6,886 bases of DNA, from NCBI GenBank assembly GCA_030141605.1, contig JAQGDQ010002241.1:1-6886 (forward strand), written 5' to 3'. Origin of the DNA: Tubiluchus corallicola (taxonomy: Eukaryota > Animalia > Priapulida). Position numbers and translations under genes: made by a program. A model generated the notes under the pieces. The model made no database searches. It had not been told where the DNA came from and was given only the letters and a program-made list of their open reading frames with translations. How positions within the stretch are numbered: the stretch's first letter is position 1; each line of letters starts with the position of its first letter. Shown here in pieces: positions 1-6,886 of the stretch.

Positions 1-1913
1 ATTTCTATATAGGGTTAATGTTTCTTGCCTAATACTACAGTTATTTCAAATGGTGTGATATTTTTGTTGGTTGGTTATTGCAAATGTGATTAAATTATCT
101 TTGGAGTCCAGATGCATCTGGCATAAGCAGTGCCTTTTTAATACTATAAATTTTGATATTATATAATTATTACATTATGCTGAAAATTATATTACAAATA
201 GTCAACGTTCGACATTTTATATTTTTTGCAATTTTTAGTTTTGTTGTTTTGCGCACTATAGCTACTTCTAATCAGTTTGATTGCTTGCATTCATTATTAA
301 TATTAATAAAATTTTATTTGTTGTTAGACATGATAGAATTACGTCTATGCTTTTCATTGTTCTGAACCAGTTAAAGAAATATTAAACTTTAAATCCCTTC
401 AGAGTTATTTCTTAATCTTGGTTCTTTTTCAACTTATTGTACTCTATGCTATGAATAAATTTCATCTTCAAGTTATTCAGTTTAAAAAGCTGAACAATTT
501 AAGCGACTTTGCCAGTGCAGACACTGACGGATTCTCTCTTTTTTTATCACGGCTGTTATGTATTTCTGTTTGCCAGCATATAATGGCGACACCCTAAAAT
601 AACTGCAACTGCAATCATTTAGTTGAAATTTTTGGTGATTGTGCAGTTTCCACGATCAGGGAAAGGACAGAGCAGAGCTATTAAACTAAATTTTGCTTGC
701 TTAGTCTATAATTACTTATTAAGAATAACTAAGTATTATTTTATTAAAGAAAAACTCTTGTCCATAGATACTATATTTATATTACTACCTAACTTGCCCT
801 GCTAATTGTTAACTTTATTACCGATAGATGGAGGAGGCACTCATTTGTGTACTAAGGGCAATACAGTGCACGTGTTGTGTCACAGACTGATGACTAAGCT
901 GATGCCGTTCAAATTCGAAAATGCATGAGTTGCAAATGCTTTGTTTTGGACGTAAATTCGTATTTTGCTGTCTGCGTAACTAATGTTTGCCATAAAACGT
1001 AAGATCTATCATTTTTATTTTGAGTGGGTGATATCGCATTTTGTTATTTTTAACGCCATCGATAGGGTCATACTCATACTTGTGATACTGGTGTATAGAG
1101 ATAGTTATAATTTTTAACCTACCGTACAGGTACTACTATAGTCGTACTAGCGTACGGTCCCTTCTGCACAGATCGGTCAAAATTATGGATCATTAATTGT
1201 GGTGAAATGTTCACAGTGATTTTTAGGTTAACTTTGTCAGGAAAACCTTAGCAAAATTCAAAGACTAGCGTATTATTAGTGACTTGCATAAGTGAGGTGA
1301 TTGTAAGTTGCATGGACTGTATTGTATGCATCCAGTGTGTAAGTATACTGTGTGTATAGTGGACTGTAAACATAACACATTACAATTATAATGTAGGCCC
1401 TACACAAAAATCCTTCTAATTCTCTAAAATAAGAAAATTAATTGTCCTGTCTACATAGTTATGCTCTAAGATTAATCGGTGTTCTCATATGTGTTCTAAA
1501 CATGGCTGGCACTCCCGCTGGTTTAGTGCCTTTTTGAGGATTGGTCGTGATAATGTGCTTAGCTCTGGTTCACCATTAACATGAAGTGTGAGCAGATCTT
1601 GGGTTTAAATGCTCGACTAAAGCATGATGAATTTGTATAGAAAATATTTTGGCAGCTGCTTATGAATGTTTTTGTAGGACTTTGGTTGTCTCTAAAATAG
1701 TTCTCTTATTTAGTATTATTGTCCAAGTCAGTAGATTTGTTCTTAATCAATAAGTCTAGAAATAATGAAGTTGAAATCAAATCAAAATGTATTTAACTCC
1801 TGTTGTTGATTAATTGCATTATTAACCCAAAGTGTTTTTATCATTTCATGACAAATGTTGTACAATTTGTTGCAGGGCCGGCCTTAAGCATAGGCAAACT
1901 AGGCAACCGCCTA

Positions 1914-1956
1914 GGGCCTCACCCTCCAGGGGGCCTCACCCTCCAGGGGGCCTCAC
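1914..1956 (+). repeat. 17-bp tandem repeat (2.5 copies) in the MITE left subterminal region
   Basis: GGGCCTCACCCTCCAGG at 1914-1930 and 1931-1947, plus a partial GGGCCTCAC at 1948-1956. Confidence 0.9.
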
Positions 1957-1995
1957 GCCGAGGTAACATTTTTTTGCTTTATGCGAACATACTGC

Positions 1996-2212
<217 letters not shown>

Positions 2213-2711
2213 AATTGCGTAATTTTATTTTTTTCGTATTTATTTTTTATTTTTCTATTTCATTTGGGGCCACCAAATTCACTTCGCCTAGGGCCTCCAA
2301 TTACCTAAGGCCGGCCCTGTTTGTTGTATAGAATTATTATGCGTATGGGTAGCAATAGTGATATATTGTTACAATACAACGTTGTTACCATTCACATGAT
2401 TAAAATGACTAAAATTTATTTGTCTAGCTAATACTTTTACAGTGCGTTAGCTTAACACTCATGTAGATTCCTTAGATAAATATTTTTGTCACCAACTATG
2501 CTATAATTAGTTACTACCTGTTATAACAAAGGCACTGATCGATTTTAGGAATGTGATCACTCTATAATATCCTGTTATGTTACAAGAGACTAGCATGCAG
2601 TGACATAGAGCAGGTGTGAAGGCTTCTCTGTTGCTACACAGAGTTGTATTTTTCTAATGAATAGCGTGAAAGAACGACGTTAGTGATACCGCGAAATTAT
2701 CACATTTAATA

Positions 2712-3568
2712 ATGTTAACAGAAAATTACACAAAGGTAGGAAACACCACTAATGAACTACATACCAACAAAAGTTTGTTTATCCTAGTATGCCAAACATT
2801 CCTAGCATGGTTGATCGTTATTATAGCTGCAGGAAACTTGCTAGTTTTAGTTGCAATTTACAAGTATGAGCAGTTGCAAACAAGAACGAATGCACTGATC
2901 GCATCACTGGCTGTAACAGATCTGCTATGTGGACTGATATCACTGCCTATTGCAATTGTCAGTATTGCACGCGTTAATTTGAGACAATACAGTGTTGGAA
3001 ATTTTGTTTCCTTGGCTGCTATAAACTGTAGCCTAATACACTTGTGCTTAATTGCTGTCGAGAGATATGTAGCCATTTTGCATCCTTACAAATACAACAT
3101 TTATTTTACAAAGAGAACATTGAGCATGTTATTATCCATTACATGGCTCTTGGGCATCACTTCAGCATACATAGAAATAATAGACGACAGCACGATTGCT
3201 ACCAGTATTTTGACTTATTTACCAACAATAGCTATAGTTTCATTGTACACATTAATATGGCGGGCAGCAAGAAAGCAAATCTTGCAAATTCGCGATCAAA
3301 ACCAACAAACTGGAACAAGAGTGACGGACATGAAAGCAACAAAAACTTTAACTATAATCACTGTTGCATTTTTCATTTGTTGGGCTCCACGGCTCCACTC
3401 TTAATCGTGTCAACAATCTTAATAAGATGTCCTTTGTGTATATCAGAAGACGCTTTCAGAGTAGTAGTATGTATAGTTTTCTTGAACTGTGCAGTCAACC
3501 CTTTCATATATGCAGCAACAAACAGCAAATTTAGAACAGCATTCGAGAAGATTCTTAGTTGCCGGTAA
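2712..3568 (+). pseudogene. Intronless class A (rhodopsin-like) GPCR, frameshifted in TM6 (pseudogene or null allele); 282 aa when repaired
   Basis: ORF 2712-3404 has N-terminal N-glycosylation sequons (NYT, NTT), TM1 GNLLV, TM2 SLAVTDLL, TM3 IAVERYVAILHP, TM4 Trp, TM5 LYTLIWRAARKQ and TM6 KATKTL..FFICWAP. The remainder (LLIVSTILIRCPLC..NCAVNPFIY..FRTAF..SCR*, with TM7 NPxxY and helix 8) continues in another frame to the stop at 3566-3568. The ATG has A at -3. Confidence 0.93.
3383..3398. repeat. Exact 8-bp tandem duplication GGCTCCAC-GGCTCCAC causing the GPCR frameshift
   Basis: The sequence reads tgt tg GGCTCCAC GGCTCCAC tcttaatc. Deleting one copy gives TGT TGG GCT CCA CTC TTA ATC (CWAPLLI) and an uninterrupted 849-nt ORF. 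Confidence 0.95.
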
Positions 3569-3706
3569 AATAACAACAAAATGTGTCGTCTCAGGTTTTC
3601 GTGAGGATTGTTTCTTCTGTAACTTGTGATTGATTAACACTAGAAGGACTGGTAGAAGGACCGGCATGCGTCAATTGATGCACTCGTATCTTTTATCTCT
3701 ATATAA

Positions 3707-3712
3707 AATAAA
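3707..3712 (+). promoter_or_regulatory. Candidate polyadenylation signal of the GPCR
   Basis: AATAAA about 140 nt after the natural stop. The hexamer is common by chance in AT-rich DNA. Confidence 0.3.
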
Positions 3713-3907
3713 ACTAACAGTTATCATGCTGATTTTATATAATATTCAGCGATACATCAAATTGTTATATGAATCCATACAAAACTGAAACTGAGGCAAT
3801 ATTGTTAACCATGTATTTTAACCATTCTTCAAAACTTATTACAGATTCTTTATTAATCATGTTTTATTGTAGCATTATAAAGAGATAAAGAAAATTAAAT
3901 TGAATTG

Positions 3908-4189
3908 AATATAAATATGGCAGCGTTTGTTTGCGCACTTTCCACACACCACACTCCCATAAAAATTGCAGTTGTCTATGAGGTACTTAATTAGCAACAG
4001 CGTACTTCCAACTTGTACCGTCTTTTCAATGCAAACTGAAACTGCAATGCAATTCTGTGAAACTAATGCAATATAAGTATGGCAGCTTTGTTTGCGCACT
4101 TTCCACACACCACACTCCCACAAAAACTGCTGTTGTCTAGGAGATACTTAATTAACAACAGCGTACTTCAAACTTGTACTATCTTTTCA
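3908..4189. repeat. Direct duplication with 162-bp period (about 1.7 copies)
   Basis: 3908-4028 versus 4070-4189 (aatataaRtatggcagc..tttgtttgcgcactttccacacaccacactccca..cttttca), about 10 differences in 112 aligned nt. Confidence 0.93.
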
Positions 4190-4214
4190 CTTGACTTGTT
4201 GTTCACGTTGTTCA

Positions 4215-4228
4215 GTCACCATAGCAAC
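4215..4228. promoter_or_regulatory. RFX X-box motif
   Basis: GTCACC-AT-AGCAAC fits the X-box consensus GTHNYY-AT-RRNAAC. A second CCATAGCAAC lies at 4299-4308. Confidence 0.5.
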
Positions 4229-4405
4229 GCCAATTCCGGTAGCGTCATGTTAGAACCTGCAGCAGGACAATGGACGTAGCAGCTGCGTGTCACAAATTCC
4301 ATAGCAACCCATTGTTTCAGCTTGGCTGTGGCTTGCTGCTGTGTGAAATATTACACATCTTTTTAATGTCATTAGCGCTCAAAAAGTTTATGCTGTACCT
4401 TTGAA

Positions 4406-5233
4406 TCTACTATTATATTAATATTCTTGGTATATATATATATATTTATTTATATATTTATTTATATATAAGATTCGAGGCTACAGCCCGGACGAGGGCA
4501 CCATTTGCGGCGATCTATATATCAAACGAAAGGTCTCGATCTAGTGTCGTCTCATTGGGGGTTTATTTTTCGAATCGGGCCCACCGGGAGGAACGGGAGG
4601 CGAAAAACCTCCAAAAATGGCCATTTTTCGGCCGTTTTTTGCAAAAGTTATACGGCTGAGATGTAGAGAACGGGAACGGGCCGAGGGGGGTACTGGGTAT
4701 GGATAGATAGCCCGCTCAGCGGTGGGTGTCATAGGCCTATTTAGAATTCCCAAGAGGGCCACGGGGTCCCGTAACGGGCGTTTTCGCGGACCCAACTCGC
4801 GATTTTTTCGAAATTTTGACCAAACAGCCTGCGGGAAAAACGTTCTAGCGGCGCCCGGTGGGACTCTCGGGAGGAGATTTATAGCTCATCAGAAAGAGGA
4901 AGGACAGGGCTACACGATGATGTGGGCTATATGTTAGGGCAGGTCCACCGAGAGGAGTATCAACGAGTTAGTTAGGAGTTCTATTTTCGGCAATTTTCAC
5001 TTAGAAAACTGCTGACGCAAAACCATTGTTGTGACGTCATCCATTGTATTCTGTCTATAATCTTATAACTTTAATTCAGCAAAAAGCTCCCTGCTACGGG
5101 TTTGCGTTAGTTAAACAAACAGTAGGCACGATGTTACGGGCTTTGTGTTATAAATGAGGACTAGGTAGGATGTTCGCGTATTATTGATTACACGTGTATT
5201 TATACGCAAAATCTTTTGCGGGGCCTTTGCTAT
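4406..5233 (+). mobile_element. Non-autonomous Helitron-like element, copy A1 (3' end degenerate: CTAT)
   Basis: Starts A|TCTACTATTATATT. The 3' hairpin CGCAAAA-TC-TTTTGCG (5205-5220) is followed by GGGCCTTTG-CTAT. Roughly 92% identical by eye to 6058-6857. No TIR, no TSD and no Rep/Hel ORF. Confidence 0.8.
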
Positions 5234-5342
5234 TTATTATATTATAGCACATAGTTTCAACTTTGTGAAAAATGTTTGGAATGGTTTTGTTGTAATGCTG
5301 TGCTGTTGGTGCTTGTGCTATAGGTGTTGTCATCGTTGCCAC

Positions 5343-5369
5343 CATCATCATCATCATCATCAACATCAT
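5343..5369. repeat. Short (CAT)n microsatellite
   Basis: (CAT)6 CAA (CAT)2. Confidence 0.9.
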
Positions 5370-5380
5370 GATCACCACGT

Positions 5381-6020
5381 GAGGTGGTGGATTTGATGTG
5401 GTGTGGTGGTGGTGTGCTTTGTGTGTTGTGCTATGAATGGTGTGGTGGGGTGATAGGGTGTGTGGGGTGTGGTGTGGGTAGTGTGGTATGGAGTGGGTGG
5501 CGTGGTGTGTGGGTGGGTGGGTGTTGTGGTGTTATGGTGTGGTGCTGTGCGGTGTGATGTGGTGGAGTATTATGGTGTGGGTGGTGTGGTGTGGTGTGTG
5601 GGTGGTGCGGTGTGGTGTGTAGGTTGGTGGGTGGTGTGGTGCAGTGTGGTGTTATGGTGTGGTGCTGTGCGGTGTGGTGTTATGGTGTGGTGCTGTGCGG
5701 TGTGATGTGGTGGAGTATTATGGTGTGGGTGGTGTGGTGTGGTGTGTGGGTGGTGCAGTGGTATGGTGTGGTGCAGTGTGGTGTGATGTGGTGGAGTGGT
5801 ATGGTGTGGGTGGTGTGGTGTGTAGGTGGTATGGTGGTATGGTGCGGTGTGGTGTGATGTGGTGGAGTGGTATGGTGTGGGTGGTGTGGTGTGTAGGTGG
5901 GTGGGTGGTGTGGTGCAGTGTGGTGTGGTGTGGTGCTGTGCGGTGTGATGTGGTGGAGTGGTATGGTGTGGTGCAGTGTGGTGTGATGAGGTGGAGTGGT
6001 GTGGTGTGGGTTGTGTGTTG
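5381..6020. repeat. GT-rich degenerate minisatellite based on (GGTGT)n with irregular higher-order blocks
   Basis: Almost only G/T on the + strand. The block GGTGTGATG(T/A)GGTGGAGT recurs at 5551, 5699, 5780, 5851, 5942 and 5980. Confidence 0.95.
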
Positions 6021-6057
6021 ATTTGTGCACAAAATTCTTTTTGTGGGGTTTGGCTAG

Positions 6058-6857
6058 TCTCTTATATTAATATTCTTGGTATCTTAATATATTTATTTAT
6101 ATATAAGATTCGAGGCTACAGCCCAGACGACGGCACCATTTGCGGCGATCTATATATCAAACGAAAGGTCTCGATCTAGTGTCGTCTCATTGGGGGGTTA
6201 TTTTTCGAATCGGGCCCACCGCGAGGAACGGGGGCGAAAAACCTCCAAAAATGGCCATTTTTCGGCCGTTTTTTGCAAAAGTTATACGGCTGAGATGTAG
6301 AGAACGGGAATGGGCCGAGGGTGGTGCTGGGTATGGATAGATAGCCCGTTCAGCGATGGGTGTCATAGGTCTATTTAGAATTAGCGAGAGGGCCACGGCG
6401 CCCCGCAACGGGCGTTTTTCCGGACCCAACTCGCGATTTTTTCGAAATTCTGATTAAACAGCATGCGGAAAAAACGTTCTAGCGGCGCCTGGTGGGACTC
6501 TCGGAAGGAGATATATAGCTCTTTACAAAGAGAAAGAACGGGGCTACACGATGATGTGGGCTATATTTTAGGGCAGGTCCACCGAGAGGAGTACCGACGA
6601 GTTAATTGGATGTTCTATTTTCGACAATTTTCACTTAGAAAACTGCTGACGCAAAGCCATTATAGTGACGTCATCCATTGTACTCTGTCTATAATCTTAT
6701 AGCTTTAATTCAGCAAAAAGCTGCTACAGGCAAAGTAAACAAACAGTAGGCAGGATGTTACGGGCTTTGTGTTATAAATGAGTACTAGGTAGAATGTTCG
6801 CGTATTATTGATTACACGTGTATTTATACGCAAAATCTTTTGCGGGGCCTTTGCTAG
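6058..6857 (+). mobile_element. Non-autonomous Helitron-like element, copy A2 (intact termini)
   Basis: Starts TCTCTTATATTAATATTC directly after the CTAG of unit B. The 3' hairpin CGCAAAA-TC-TTTTGCG (6829-6844) is followed by a 9-nt spacer, CTAG (6854-6857) and then T. This is the canonical 5'-TC...hairpin-CTRR-3' Helitron pattern. Confidence 0.87.
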
Positions 6858-6886
6858 TAAGTAAATTATTTCGATTGGATATTTCA

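Larger units (their letters stand above)
5234..6057 (+). mobile_element. Unit B: minisatellite-bearing segment with a Helitron-type 3' end (second family member or captured/transduced segment)
   Basis: Ends with hairpin CACAAAA-TTCT-TTTTGTG (6028-6045) + GGGTTTGG + CTAG (6054-6057), similar to the A-unit end. Begins with AT-rich TTATATTATTATA, resembling the A-unit 5' end but lacking the TC. Confidence 0.6.

Noticed and set aside
153-805. Two short hydrophobic ORFs
   Set aside because: TTG starts, AT-rich composition-driven translation and no recognisable motif.
1227-1302. Possible 5' UTR exon (TTTTTAG| ... |GTAAGT)
   Set aside because: Splice-like motifs are common in AT-rich DNA, all three frames have stops, and it cannot be supported without transcript data.
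3383-3404. Programmed frameshift or micro-intron rescuing the GPCR
   Set aside because: No slippery heptamer, and no GT..AG pair that would remove the extra bases while keeping TM6. A plain duplication explains it.
3044-3568. 174-aa ORF as a separate gene
   Set aside because: Only its last ~58 aa are meaningful (the GPCR end of TM6 and TM7). The rest is an off-frame reading of the receptor and begins at a non-ATG codon.
3641-3664. 12-bp tandem duplication TAGAAGGAC(T/C)GG in the 3' region
   Set aside because: Real but small, and likely ordinary slippage with no evident function.
4541-4937. Short ORFs in the A units (and their equivalents at 6140-6702)
   Set aside because: An indel and different start/stop positions between the two copies break them, and there are no Rep/helicase motifs.
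5381-6020. CRISPR array or interstitial telomere
   Set aside because: No constant repeat with unique spacers, no TTAGGG/TTAGG units, and a eukaryotic repeat context.
5181-6032. His/Thr/Pro-rich and Val/Trp/Cys/Gly-rich ORFs, plus poly-His and poly-Met ORFs
   Set aside because: Open in most frames simply because GT/CA repeats lack stop codons. No coding signature.
4406-6857. A1 and A2 as LTRs of a retrotransposon (TRIM/LARD)
   Set aside because: No TG..CA ends, TSD, PBS or PPT. The ends instead match the Helitron TC / hairpin-CTAG pattern.

Overview
AT-rich animal (probably invertebrate) genomic DNA, not prokaryotic. The only credible gene is an intronless class A (rhodopsin-family) GPCR at 2712-3568 (+). 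It is broken by one exact 8-bp tandem duplication (GGCTCCAC x2) at the TM6 CWxP motif, and removing one copy restores a complete 282-aa 7TM receptor. About 0.4 kb upstream is a 447-bp hAT-like MITE (14-bp TIRs, 7-bp flanking duplication) containing a ~105-unit CT microsatellite. Downstream are a 162-bp-period duplication and an RFX X-box. From 4406 to 6857 is a non-autonomous Helitron-like array of three ~0.8-kb head-to-tail units (A1 - B - A2), flanked by A|TC and CTAG|T. Each unit ends in a related hairpin. A1 has a degenerate end (CTAT), unit B is a GT-rich minisatellite with its own hairpin+CTAG end, and B joins A2 at an exact CTAG|TC junction. The A units also show a cryptic ~180-bp internal periodicity. 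I see no firm evidence for a wholly new biological system. The Helitron array architecture and the footprint-like GPCR knockout are the items most worth following up. All alignments and counts were done by eye.
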